Source: Bacteroidota bacterium (GTDB taxonomy: Bacteria; Bacteroidota; Bacteroidia; UKL13-3). Taken from it: a DNA stretch of 64,000 nucleotides. The translations under genes were made by a program, and so were the position numbers. Of this stretch, positions 18,984 through 28,668 are shown in pieces; position 1 is the first letter of the stretch, and each line of letters begins with the position of its first letter. Location of the stretch: NCBI GenBank assembly GCA_947464275.1, contig CANHVU010000014.1, positions 10,324-74,323 on the forward strand. The letters are read 5' to 3'. A model generated the notes under the pieces. The model was given only the letters and a program-made list of their open reading frames with translations, was not told the DNA's origin and did no database searches.

Positions 18984-19170
18984 AATGGGTTAAAAACCAT
19001 TTTAATTGATTATAAAGATAAACAAGTTATTAAGGGCTGAAGCTCATTTTTTGAGGATGATAAAATGTTTGAATCAATTGGAATGGTATTTATGCCATTC
19101 TATTTTTATTAATGGGTTAAAACCCATTTTAATTGATTTTAAAGGTAAACAAGTTATTAAGGGCTGAAGC
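18984..19170 (+). repeat. Satellite copy (about 1.5 units) of the ~126-bp triple-hairpin repeat (family A)
   Basis: AATGGGTTAAAA(A/C)CCATT at 18984 and 19111, GGGCTGAAGC twice, and GGAATGGTATTTATGCCATT. Confidence 0.9.
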
Positions 19171-19311
19171 GCCTATTATCCACCTGTTTATTGTTTTTAT
19201 TCAAGATTATTCCTTTTAGTTGTATTTTTCATTCTTTGCATAGTCTTGTTAATTATCATGTTTTTAATGTAAATGCAATTTCTTTTCATTGTAACAAATA
19301 CAAATAAAAAA

Positions 19312-21039
19312 ATGAAGAAAATACTCATATTAGCTTTTGCTATCCAATTATCCATAATGTTAAATGCACAAGTATTAGTGCCTGAAAAAGAAACTATCGC
19401 TAATTCAGACGCAGGGCATAAAGAAATTGAAGTTGAAAAATCTTTGGATGGTTACAATTCATTTCCAATTGGGAATAAGGGTATTTTATTAGCTTACAAA
19501 TCGGTTGAGAAAAAAAAGAGTGGTTTTTATGATTTTAACATAACTAATTACGATACAGCATTTAATGAAGTTGCAAAATACAATGTTTTAGTTCCCAAAG
19601 AATACAGCATTATTGAGTATTTAACAGAAAAAGAATGTGGTTATTTTCTTTTGGCTAATGACTTGCTGGAACGCAAATTAGCTTCTAAAAAAAGACCAAC
19701 TTTTCAGAATAGTTACTTTTTTGATTACACTATTGTAAAAATAGATTTGAATACCAATAAACTAACCACTTATAATGGTACAAATAACAGAGCTTTATTT
19801 TTGAATGAAATGAAAGTAGTTGATGGGAAAGTAATATTAATAGGAAGACAAGGGGCTTCAGAACGAAAAATAAATACAGTTCAAACGGCATCAATTGGTT
19901 TATTATTTGTGCCTGCTATATTTTATTCACCTAATTACGATCCTGCTATTATTACCATTGATATGAAAAGTAAAAATGTAATGAAACAAGTTGCTTTAAA
20001 TGATTATTTTAGAGGTGATGCAGGGATTTTAGCTGCAAGTTATAATGAAAAAAATGGTGATTTCTCCGCTGTGATTAAGCATAAAGTAAAGAAAAAATCA
20101 AAGTATTTTTTACGAAATACCGAAGAGGGTGTACCTAAAAGTAATATCAATATTGATTTTCCAGAAAACATGGAAATGTTTCGAGCTAAAATGGAAGTGA
20201 AGGATAATAAAAAAGTTTTTGTTGCCACATATGGCGAAAAATGGGGTGGTAAGTTATCAGTTATGGATCATAAAACTGAGGGTATTTGTGTTGGATTATT
20301 TGAAAATAGTAACAAAGTAAATATGATACGTATTCCATGGAAAAAATTTGATAACACGATTACCACTTTAATTGGAAGTAATTCGTTTGATGACAATAAA
20401 AAATATAAAAAGGGTGATGCAGATGCGGAATTGGAGGTTACATTTAGTAAGATTATTATTAAAGATAATGAATATGTATTTTTAGGAGAAATTACAAAAC
20501 CAAGATATTACTACATTACAACTACGATAACGGATAGCAAAGGAAGAAAGTCTACAAAAACAGAAACTTATTATGATGGAATTCAAGTTATCGGTTTAAT
20601 TAGTTTTGGTGTGAATTCGGAAGGAACTTTATTATGGGAAAATGCGCATGAATATTTTGGCAATATAAGTTTCAAACTTGCATCAAGAGCAGATTTTTAC
20701 CAAACTGGAGACGAGCAGTATACTTCAGTGTATGTTGATAAAAATAATATACCGCATGTTTACAGTTTCCTTAGCGATAATACCAAACCTTTATTATCTG
20801 AATTAAGCCAACCTTTAGGTATTAGAAATGGAGATGACGCTAAATTTGTTTACAACTGGCAGTTAGGAATGCCCAAACTTTGGTATAAAGATAATTATTA
20901 CTACCAAGGTTGTTCAATTGATGTATCTTATAAAACTAAAGTAGATGGTAAAAAAGTTAAGCTAGATAAATCGGAGAAAAAAATGGTAAAGTATTATTAT
21001 GCTTTTAACAAAATCAAAATTCCTGTTTTAGGTGAATAA
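19312..21039 (+). CDS. Secreted hypothetical protein
   Basis: Long ORF with signal peptide MKKILILAFAIQLSIMLNAQ; no recognised catalytic motif. Confidence 0.7.
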   Translation: MKKILILAFAIQLSIMLNAQVLVPEKETIANSDAGHKEIEVEKSLDGYNSFPIGNKGILLAYKSVEKKKSGFYDFNITNYDTAFNEVAKYNVLVPKEYSIIEYLTEKECGYFLLANDLLERKLASKKRPTFQNSYFFDYTIVKIDLNTNKLTTYNGTNNRALFLNEMKVVDGKVILIGRQGASERKINTVQTASIGLLFVPAIFYSPNYDPAIITIDMKSKNVMKQVALNDYFRGDAGILAASYNEKNGDFSAVIKHKVKKKSKYFLRNTEEGVPKSNINIDFPENMEMFRAKMEVKDNKKVFVATYGEKWGGKLSVMDHKTEGICVGLFENSNKVNMIRIPWKKFDNTITTLIGSNSFDDNKKYKKGDADAELEVTFSKIIIKDNEYVFLGEITKPRYYYITTTITDSKGRKSTKTETYYDGIQVIGLISFGVNSEGTLLWENAHEYFGNISFKLASRADFYQTGDEQYTSVYVDKNNIPHVYSFLSDNTKPLLSELSQPLGIRNGDDAKFVYNWQLGMPKLWYKDNYYYQGCSIDVSYKTKVDGKKVKLDKSEKKMVKYYYAFNKIKIPVLGE

Positions 21040-21060
21040 TAAAATGGGGCAATTTATTAA

Positions 21061-21098
21061 AAGAGGCATTTTCTTAATTGGGAATAGCCTCTTTTTTT
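21061..21098 (+). terminator. Intrinsic terminator
   Basis: AAGAGGC...GCCTCTTTTTTT after the 21039 stop. Confidence 0.65.
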
Positions 21099-21139
21099 GT
21101 ATTAAAGCCCAACTCAAAGCTGCTTAAATTTTAAGTCAT

Positions 21140-21162
21140 TTAGAATGGTATTTATGCCATTT
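21140..21162 (+). repeat. Solo family-A hairpin
   Basis: TTAGAATGGTATTTATGCCATTT, same core as the hairpin at 19081-19099. Confidence 0.7.
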
Positions 21163-21313
21163 GATATAAAAGCATGCATTATAAAAACAAACAACATTAA
21201 AAAACTTTGTACCTTGCCAATTTTGATCTACAAAAATCATATTAATTAAAAGTAAATGTATTCATTACCAATAAAAATGAACTTACTTTTGCCATTCAAA
21301 ATTCTTAGTTTTC

Positions 21314-21964
21314 ATGTTAAAAAAACCTTTAGTATCTGTATTATTAGCCGTTTACAATACTCCATTTGAATTGGTAAAGCGTGCTATAAATTCGGTATTA
21401 AAACAAAACATGCACGATTTTGAACTCATTATTATGGATGATGGAAGCGATAATAAATATCAGCGTGAAATGGTTATTTATACTTCTTTATTTCCATCCA
21501 TTATCACTTATATTTATCATCCAAACTGTGGGCAGGCCGAATCAATTAACCGTGGCATTTTAAAAAGCAGCGGACAATTCATTACTATTATAGATGCCGA
21601 TGACGAATTTAAACCCAATCACTTAAGAAGATGTTTGGAACAAATGCAATATGCTGATTTAATTGCATCAAAAACACAAACTATAGTTGATGATCAAGCA
21701 GATTATTATATTCCAGATAGGTTAGATACATCGAAGGTAATTCATGTAGATGATTGTATTTTGTTTGCAACGCTTTTTGGCAAAAGAGAAGTATTTGTAA
21801 ACAATCCTTTTTATAATATGTATAGTGCTGATGCAAATTTTTATGAAAGGGTTTCCAAAAAGTATAATGTTAAAAAGGTTGATCTTCGTACTTATATTTA
21901 TTATCGTAACATTCCAAATAGCACTTGTGCCAAATTAAAAAACAGCATTTTACAGGCTGAATAA
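21314..21964 (+). CDS. Glycosyltransferase family 2
   Basis: VSVLLAVYN, IIMDDGSD, NCGQAESINRG, IDADD. Confidence 0.9.
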   Translation: MLKKPLVSVLLAVYNTPFELVKRAINSVLKQNMHDFELIIMDDGSDNKYQREMVIYTSLFPSIITYIYHPNCGQAESINRGILKSSGQFITIIDADDEFKPNHLRRCLEQMQYADLIASKTQTIVDDQADYYIPDRLDTSKVIHVDDCILFATLFGKREVFVNNPFYNMYSADANFYERVSKKYNVKKVDLRTYIYYRNIPNSTCAKLKNSILQAE

Positions 21965-21975
21965 ACTCAATACAA

Positions 21976-22716
21976 ATGTACAAACAATATATTTTTGCTT
22001 GCCTTTTTACAGGTGTTTACGATGTTAACCGTTCAGAAACTTTAGCCAATAATGATTATTCGTTAATTGAAAAATGGGCAACTTCCATTACTGCTTTAAA
22101 ACTTCATGGCATTATTTTTCATAATAGCTTTTCGGCAGAAACGGTAGCTAAATACAGTAATGAGTTTATTACTTTTGAAGAGGTAACATATAATCCAACC
22201 TATAACTTAAGTGTATATAGGTATTTTGTTTACTTGGATTTTTTATTAAAAAATCACCACGAAATTGAATCGTTGTTTATAACTGATAGTACTGATGTAG
22301 AAGTGATAATTAATCCTTTTGAGCAGCCATTGTTTAAAAATAATCCCAGAGCACTATTTTGTGGCGATGAACCAACTACTTTAAATAATGAATGGATGAT
22401 GAATCATTCAACCCATTTTAGAAATCAAATAACAGCATTTGCAGCATACGAAGAAAAATTCGCAAATGATACTTTACTTAATTGCGGAATAATAGGCGGA
22501 AGCATAACTATAATGACAGCTTTGTTGAATGAATTGGTGAATTTTCATAGCCAATTTAACCAAAATAATAAAACAGCTTATACAGGCGACATGGGGGCAT
22601 TTAATTATATAGCTCGCAAACAATTTAACAATCAATTATTTCATGGAGCTCCTGTAAATACTATATTTAAAGGTTATGAAAGAGATAATTATAGTTGCTG
22701 GTTTAGGCATAAATAA
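21976..22716 (+). CDS. Hypothetical protein, probable GT-A-fold sugar transferase
   Basis: RYFVY...FITDSTDV...NPF, LLNCGIIGG and DMGAFN resemble GT-A enzymes; adjacent to a GT2 gene. Confidence 0.55.
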   Translation: MYKQYIFACLFTGVYDVNRSETLANNDYSLIEKWATSITALKLHGIIFHNSFSAETVAKYSNEFITFEEVTYNPTYNLSVYRYFVYLDFLLKNHHEIESLFITDSTDVEVIINPFEQPLFKNNPRALFCGDEPTTLNNEWMMNHSTHFRNQITAFAAYEEKFANDTLLNCGIIGGSITIMTALLNELVNFHSQFNQNNKTAYTGDMGAFNYIARKQFNNQLFHGAPVNTIFKGYERDNYSCWFRHK

Positions 22717-22727
22717 CAACTTATTTC

Positions 22728-23100
22728 TTCTTAGAATGGGTTGAAACCCATTTCAATTGATTTACAAGGCAAATTATTATTTAAGGGCTCAAGCCCATTT
22801 TTGAGGGTGATAAAATGTTTGAATGAATTGGAGTGGCATTTATGCCATTTTATTCTTAGAATGGTTTGAAACCCATTCTAATTGAATGAAAAGGCAAATT
22901 GTATTTTATGGGCTCAAGCCCATTTTTTGAGGGTGATAAAATGTTTGAATCAATTGGAATAGCATTTATGCCATTTTATTCTTAGAATGGGTTAAAACCT
23001 ATTTCAATTAATTAAAAAAGCAATTTGTATTTTAAGGGCTCAAGCCCATTTTTTGAGGGTGATAAAATGTTTGAATCAATTGGAATGACTTTTACGCAAT
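22728..23100 (+). repeat. Tandem array of three ~126-bp family-A units
   Basis: TTAGAATGG starts at 22731, 22856 and 22982; each unit has three hairpins. Confidence 0.95.
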
Positions 23101-23130
23101 TTTGAAAGGAAAGAAGATTTAATAAATTAG

Positions 23131-23568
23131 TTATTCTTCAAATTTTTGAAATCCATGTTTTGAAATAAATTCATCAAATTCTTGATTGAATGTATTGTTA
23201 AGGTGATGTTCCTCTTGGTTTTTAATATAATTTCTTACTGCTTCAATCATTGATTCAGAAACTGAAACTGCATAATATTCATCTTGCCATTCAAATTTTT
23301 GTTCTGTTATTAAGTGTTTGTTTATCCAAAAGGATGATTCGCCTTTGATCAATTGCATTATTTGCTGTATTGTTTGGTTGCTATTCATTGAAACTAAGCA
23401 ATGGCAATGGTCACTATATCCATTTACATAGTCAATAAAAATTCCTTTTATATGAGCATTTTCTTTAATGTGGCTCCACACTTTTTGTCTAATTTCTTTA
23501 CTATTTAATAGTGGAACTCTATTTTTGGTACTCCACACAAAATGTATATAAACCTTAATAAATGGCAT
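23131..23568 (-). CDS. tnpA: IS200/IS605-family Y1 HUH transposase
   Basis: YIHFVWSTKNR, HUH motif DHCHCL, KGESS, WQDEYYAVSV and catalytic Tyr in YIKNQ; 145 aa; no tnpB. Confidence 0.93.
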   Translation of the reverse strand: MPFIKVYIHFVWSTKNRVPLLNSKEIRQKVWSHIKENAHIKGIFIDYVNGYSDHCHCLVSMNSNQTIQQIMQLIKGESSFWINKHLITEQKFEWQDEYYAVSVSESMIEAVRNYIKNQEEHHLNNTFNQEFDEFISKHGFQKFEE

Positions 23569-23626
23569 AATAAGTTTAATAGTGTTTTTTCAATTGCAAT
23601 ATATTTATTTTTTAAAATCTTTCTTT

Positions 23627-23948
23627 TTAGAATGGGTTAAAACCCATTTCAATTGATTTATAAGGCAAAATGTTATTTAAGGGCTGAAGCCCATTTTTTG
23701 GGGATGATAAAATGTTTGAATCAATTGGAATGGCATTTATGCCATTTTCTTTTTTCAATGGGTTAAAACCCATTCCAATAAATTAAAAAAGCAATTTGTA
23801 TTTTAAGGGCTAAAGCCCATTTTTTGAAGGTGATAAAATGTTTGAATCAATTGGAATGGCATTTATGCCTTTTTATTCTTAGAATGGGTTGAAACCCATT
23901 TTAATTGAATGAAAAGGCAAATTGTATTTTATGGGCTCAAGCCCATTT
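23627..23948 (+). repeat. Tandem array of about 2.5 family-A units
   Basis: AATGGGTT at 23631, 23757 and 23883 (126-bp period), same orientation as the left array; last unit ends after the second hairpin. Confidence 0.95.
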
Positions 23949-24164
23949 GTATAATGATTAATGTTTAATAGCACAACACTTTACATAATTATTATTTACC
24001 CAAGATTATTGGATTGTTAACTTTCAGGCTAAAACTTTGGAAATAAAAATAAAATCATATCATTGCGCTTATAGCTAAAATCAAAAACAGCAAATGAATT
24101 CATTTTGTATTGGTATTCCATTTAGCATCTTTTTTAGTTCAATTTTATTAGTAAATCAATATTG

Positions 24165-25187
24165 ATGACAATGCTAGCAGGTCTTAAGTTTATTGTAAAT
24201 ACTTCATTGCTCAAAAACAATAAGAGTGGTGAGGAGCATAACCTGACGCTTTCTAGTGGTAAAACATCTGTGCTTCTGTATAAACCATCTAAGAAAGAAA
24301 AGGGACTTATTATTTCACTTACTGGATTTTCAATGCATGGCTATCAAGATAAACGCATAGCAGTGGTGAATAATACCTTTGCAAAATTAGGCTATCGTGT
24401 AATAACGCCCCAAATAAATACCATTGATGCCTTGCTGATTCATCCATCAGGTATTGATGAGGTTAAAGAAGTTATCAATCAAATTACAGCTGATCCATTA
24501 TTGAACCCAAACAAGTTTTGCCCTGCGGTATTTGCACCTTCTTTTACTGCAGGCATAGCAGCTTTGGCCATTGCCGAAATGCCTCTAAACAGTGTTTCTT
24601 CTTTTTGTTTAATAGGTAGTTTTTGTGATTTTGAATCCACCATTCAATTTGCTTTAACAAACGATAAAAATGTAGATGATTATGGCATGCATATTTTGAT
24701 GAAAAACTTTTTGAAATATGAGGTGGGTAATAATCCTGCATTAGAAGCATTAATTCATACAGCCTTGGAAGATAATGGCTTAAAAAGACAAGTACCTTTG
24801 CTGCCAAACCTACTTGCCCAAACAGATGAAGCTACTGTTGATTTGTATAATAAAATTAAATTTAACACTGAATACAGAAGCGAAGTAATTATGCGTGCTT
24901 GGACAAAAATTCCTGATTTTGCTATATGGAAAGACCGACTTGATTTATCAAAACATGCGCATAAAATTACTTGCCCGGTTACTATTATTCATGGAAAAGA
25001 CGATAATGTAATTCCTTCTGCTCAGTCTATATTATTGTATTCATTGTTGAAAGACAAAAACCCAAAAGTGCATTTGGAAGTATCCAATTTACTGGACCAT
25101 GGAGATATGAAGGTAGGTTTGAAAATTTTTAGTGAAATTACTAGTTTGGCTAAGGCTTTCAACTATTTTATGGATCATATTAAATAA
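24165..25187 (+). CDS. Alpha/beta-hydrolase-fold protein
   Basis: LGYRVITP, FAPSFTAG elbow, IIHGKDDNVIP, C-terminal LDHGD; start uncertain (24162/24165/24171). Confidence 0.75.
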   Translation: MTMLAGLKFIVNTSLLKNNKSGEEHNLTLSSGKTSVLLYKPSKKEKGLIISLTGFSMHGYQDKRIAVVNNTFAKLGYRVITPQINTIDALLIHPSGIDEVKEVINQITADPLLNPNKFCPAVFAPSFTAGIAALAIAEMPLNSVSSFCLIGSFCDFESTIQFALTNDKNVDDYGMHILMKNFLKYEVGNNPALEALIHTALEDNGLKRQVPLLPNLLAQTDEATVDLYNKIKFNTEYRSEVIMRAWTKIPDFAIWKDRLDLSKHAHKITCPVTIIHGKDDNVIPSAQSILLYSLLKDKNPKVHLEVSNLLDHGDMKVGLKIFSEITSLAKAFNYFMDHIK

Positions 25188-25274
25188 ATGAAAAGGCAAT
25201 TTTAATTAAACGCAAAATTGCCAATAAAGAAAATGTGAACGTGAAGAAAATTAAATGCAGGAAAGTGAGTTAGG

Positions 25275-25396
25275 ATTGTTTAATTGTTTAATTGTTATAT
25301 TGTTATATTGTTATATTGTTGGGTTGTTGAATTGATAGATTGTCAATTGCTTATTGCCCATTGTCGATAGCTTATTGCTAATTGTCAATTGCCTAT
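25275..25396. repeat. Degenerate octamer then heptamer tandem repeats
   Basis: ATTGTTTA/ATTGTTAT runs followed by ATTGTCA/ATTGCTT/ATTGCCC/ATTGCTA. Confidence 0.8.
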
Positions 25397-25400
25397 CAAC

Positions 25401-25438
25401 AAAAAAGCCCGAAATCAAATGTGATTTCGGGCTTTTTT
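25401..25438. terminator. Intrinsic terminator after gcvT (bidirectional)
   Basis: AAAAAAGCCCGAAATCA-aatg-TGATTTCGGGCTTTTTT. Confidence 0.9.
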
Positions 25439-25454
25439 CGTTGAAGATTAGATT

Positions 25455-26531
25455 CTATAAAAATGGAATTTTTACCACTTTGGCTTTGATCATTTTTTCG
25501 CGAATTTCAATATAAATTTCTGAATCAACTTTGCTATGCGAAGCTGCAACGTAACCCATACCAATGGCTTTATTTAAACTTGGCGATTGAGTTCCTGAAG
25601 TTACTTCACCAATGGTATTTCCTTCAGCATCTTTAATCATGTAATGTTGGCGAGGAATACCGCGGTCAATTAATTCGAAACCAACCAATTTTTTTGTGGC
25701 ACCATTTTCTTTAATGGCTTTGTGGTGTTCGCTCATTATAAATGGTTTGGTAAATTTGGTAATCCAACCTAAACCAGCTTCAATTGGACTAGTTTCATCA
25801 TTGATATCATTGCCATATAAGCAAAAACCTTTTTCTAAACGTAAAGTATCGCGCGCACCTAAACCAACAGGAATAATATCAAATTCTTTTCCTGCTTCAA
25901 AAATGGCATCCCACATTTTTTTAGCATCTTTATTCCAAACATAAATTTCGAATCCACCAGCACCAGTATAACCAGTGTTTGAAATAATTACATCTTCGCA
26001 ACCGGCCATGGTACCACCACAAAAAGTGTAGTATTCCATAGCGCTTAAGTTTACTTCAGTTAATTTTTGTAAAGCCTTAATAGCATTTGGACCTTGAACA
26101 GCAAATAAACTCAAGTCATCACTCATGTTTTGCATTTCTACACCAAAAGTATTGTGTTGGCTAATCCAATTCCAATCTTTTTCAATGTTTGATGCATTCA
26201 CTACTAAATAATATTCATCTTGGCTCCAACGATATACCAATAAATCATCTACAATACCACCTTTATCGTTTGGCATGCAGCTGTATTGAACTTTACCATC
26301 GGTTAATTTTGAAGCATCGTTGCTGGTAACTAATTGAATTAATTCAAGCGCTTTTTCGCCTTTTAAGATAAATTCGCCCATGTGGCTAACATCAAACACA
26401 CCTACCGAATTGCGAACAGCTAAATGTTCTTGAATTAAATTGGTGTATAATACAGGCATGTTATAACCTGCAAATTCAATCATTTTTGCACCTAAGCCAG
26501 CATGCAAATCATTTAAAGCAACGTGTTTCAT
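25455..26531 (-). CDS. gcvT: Glycine cleavage system aminomethyltransferase T
   Basis: [29 protein letters not shown]. Confidence 0.97.
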   Translation of the reverse strand: MKHVALNDLHAGLGAKMIEFAGYNMPVLYTNLIQEHLAVRNSVGVFDVSHMGEFILKGEKALELIQLVTSNDASKLTDGKVQYSCMPNDKGGIVDDLLVYRWSQDEYYLVVNASNIEKDWNWISQHNTFGVEMQNMSDDLSLFAVQGPNAIKALQKLTEVNLSAMEYYTFCGGTMAGCEDVIISNTGYTGAGGFEIYVWNKDAKKMWDAIFEAGKEFDIIPVGLGARDTLRLEKGFCLYGNDINDETSPIEAGLGWITKFTKPFIMSEHHKAIKENGATKKLVGFELIDRGIPRQHYMIKDAEGNTIGEVTSGTQSPSLNKAIGMGYVAASHSKVDSEIYIEIREKMIKAKVVKIPFL

Positions 26532-26787
26532 TGGTTAAAATATTATTTTAGTTTTATAAAGGCGAAAGTAATACAATACTTTAAAAAATTGCCTGTTGTA
26601 AATTTGATAAAAATGAGTTTTGGGGATATTGATTATAAAGATTACAAGATTGGAAAATTGAAAGATTGCAAGGATTGGGGTATGATATTATTATGTTTTA
26701 TGATAAGGTATTTCAAATTTTACAATTGTATTTTGCTCCTTAATACAATTGCAAGTATGTTTGTATTTAACTCAAACCCCTAAAAAC

Positions 26788-27204
26788 ATGAAAACAATTT
26801 TACGAAACGTATTAGCCGTTATAGTTGGCATACTAGTTGGTTCAGTAGTAAACATGCTAATAATTCAAATAAGTAGCAGCATTATTCCTCCTCCAGCAGG
26901 AGTAGATGTAACTACCGAAGAAGGCTTAAAAGCAGGCATTCATTTGTTTGAGCCAAAGCATTTTATAATGCCCTTTTTAGCACACGCAATTGGAACTTTA
27001 GTTGGTGCGTTGTTAACAGTATTAATAGCTGCCAATAATAAAATGAGGCTTGCATTAACCATTGGTATGGTATTTTTTATAGGTGGAGCCATGATGGTTA
27101 ATTCAGTTCCTGGCCCAATTTGGTTTGCAGTAGCAGATTTAGTGTTTGCTTATATTCCAATGGGTTTATTAGCTGCTAAAATTGCTACTAAAAAAGAAGT
27201 TTAG
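26788..27204 (+). CDS. Hypothetical membrane protein
   Basis: Four TM segments; HFIMPFLAHAIGT; start at MKTIL. Confidence 0.75.
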   Translation: MKTILRNVLAVIVGILVGSVVNMLIIQISSSIIPPPAGVDVTTEEGLKAGIHLFEPKHFIMPFLAHAIGTLVGALLTVLIAANNKMRLALTIGMVFFIGGAMMVNSVPGPIWFAVADLVFAYIPMGLLAAKIATKKEV

Positions 27205-27253
27205 AGTATTATAAAATTAAAAAAATTAAAAAATTGGAAGATTTGAAGGTTCC

Positions 27254-27292
27254 TGCCATTGTTGGTGTTTTAGCGAAGCGACACCAACAACA
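27254..27292 (-). repeat. Family-B REP copy, inverted
   Basis: TGCCATTGTTGGTGTTTTAGCGAAGCGACACCAACAACA is nearly the exact reverse complement of the 7030 copy. Confidence 0.9.
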
Positions 27293-27438
27293 AATGCTGT
27301 TTTTAAAAGCTTAGCTTTATACCATTTCATATGCGTGAATTGTCTTGCTGAGGCACGAAGCATCTTTATAAGCAAAAAAAGTTAGGCACTTCTTTATTCG
27401 ATATTCTTTATTCGTATTTTGAATTTCGCACTTCGAAT

Positions 27439-28596
27439 TTATTTCGTAATCGATTCAATAATCTTCTTCCTCAATTCATCAATATTTACCTTTTTGGTAG
27501 CCGAAATAAAAATTACTTGTCCGTTTTCTTTGGCCATCCAAGTATTTTTTAGTTTTTCTATATAAGGCAAATGCTCTGTTTCCTCTCCAAAAGGATCATC
27601 TGGCTCCAAAGGTTCTTTCAGTTGATCTATTTTATTAAAAATAAGCAATTGTTTTTTATTGCTTGCGCCAATTTCTAACAAAGTACTATTTACCAAATTC
27701 AGTTGGTCTTCAAAATTTTCGTGGCTAATATCTACCACATGCAGTAACAAATCAGCCTCGCGCACTTCATCTAAGGTTGATTTAAAACTTTCCACCAATT
27801 GATGTGGTAATTTACGAATAAACCCAACGGTATCGCTCAGCAAAAAAGGAACATTATCAAAAACCACCTTGCGCACGGTACTATCCAAGGTGGCAAACAA
27901 TTTATTTTCAACCAAAACTTCGCTTTTGCTCAATAAATTCATAATGGTTGATTTACCCACATTGGTATAACCCACCAAAGCCACACGTTTTTTTTCATCG
28001 CGGTTTTGCCTGCGTGTAGCCGATTGTTTATCAATATGGTTTAAGCGTTCTTTTAATTTGCTTATTTCATCGCGCAATAAACGTCTATCGGTTTCAATTT
28101 CGGTTTCACCCGGGCCACGCATACCAATTCCACCTTTTTGCTTGGTTAAGTGGGTCCACATACGCGTTAATCGAGGCAATAAATATTGGGCTTGCGCTAA
28201 TTCTACTTGATACTTAGCCTGAGCTGTACTAGCCCTATTAGCAAAAATATCTAATATCAAATTACTTCTGTCTAATATTTTTATTTTCAGCTCATTTTGA
28301 ATATTGCGCAATTGCGATGGACTTAATTCATCATCAAAAATCACGATATCTATTTCACGAACGGTAATGTATTCTTTGATTTCGTCTAATTTTCCTTCAC
28401 CCACATAAGTGCGAGAGCTAGGATGAGGCAAGCGTTGTAAAAACTGCTTTTCTACAGCAGCGCCAGCAGTTTGCGCCAAAAAAGCCAACTCGTCAATATA
28501 CTCTTGCGCCTTTTCTATTTTTAAATTTGGAGTAACCACTCCTACCAAAACCGCGCGTTCTTGCGGTTTTGCGGTATCATATAATTTTTTTGCCAT
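27439..28596 (-). CDS. hflX: Ribosome-splitting GTPase HflX
   Basis: GPGETEIETDRR, GYTNVGKST, DTVGF, NKID. Confidence 0.97.
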   Translation of the reverse strand: MAKKLYDTAKPQERAVLVGVVTPNLKIEKAQEYIDELAFLAQTAGAAVEKQFLQRLPHPSSRTYVGEGKLDEIKEYITVREIDIVIFDDELSPSQLRNIQNELKIKILDRSNLILDIFANRASTAQAKYQVELAQAQYLLPRLTRMWTHLTKQKGGIGMRGPGETEIETDRRLLRDEISKLKERLNHIDKQSATRRQNRDEKKRVALVGYTNVGKSTIMNLLSKSEVLVENKLFATLDSTVRKVVFDNVPFLLSDTVGFIRKLPHQLVESFKSTLDEVREADLLLHVVDISHENFEDQLNLVNSTLLEIGASNKKQLLIFNKIDQLKEPLEPDDPFGEETEHLPYIEKLKNTWMAKENGQVIFISATKKVNIDELRKKIIESITK

Positions 28597-28668
28597 TTAA
28601 GTAATCAATCATTTTTAAAACGCGCTAAATTGTTAATTTGCCAACTCATTTTAAACCTTCGCAAAATA

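Noticed and set aside
22728-23948. CRISPR array or guide-RNA-type array
   Set aside because: Units are similar along their whole 126 bp, the variable linkers recur rather than being unique spacers, and no cas gene is in the window.
23569-24160. tnpB/iscB partner of the IS200-like tnpA
   Set aside because: No suitable ORF on either side; the flanks are repeat arrays.
25188-25222. ATGAAAAGGCAA match to family-A linker B
   Set aside because: Only 12 AT-rich nt with no family-A hairpin; better explained as part of a local GGCAATTTT...AAAATTGCC hairpin after the stop codon.
26523-26783. 86-aa ORF with DYKDYK/LKDCKD periodicity
   Set aside because: Overlaps the gcvT start region and an octamer repeat tract; the periodicity is at the DNA level.
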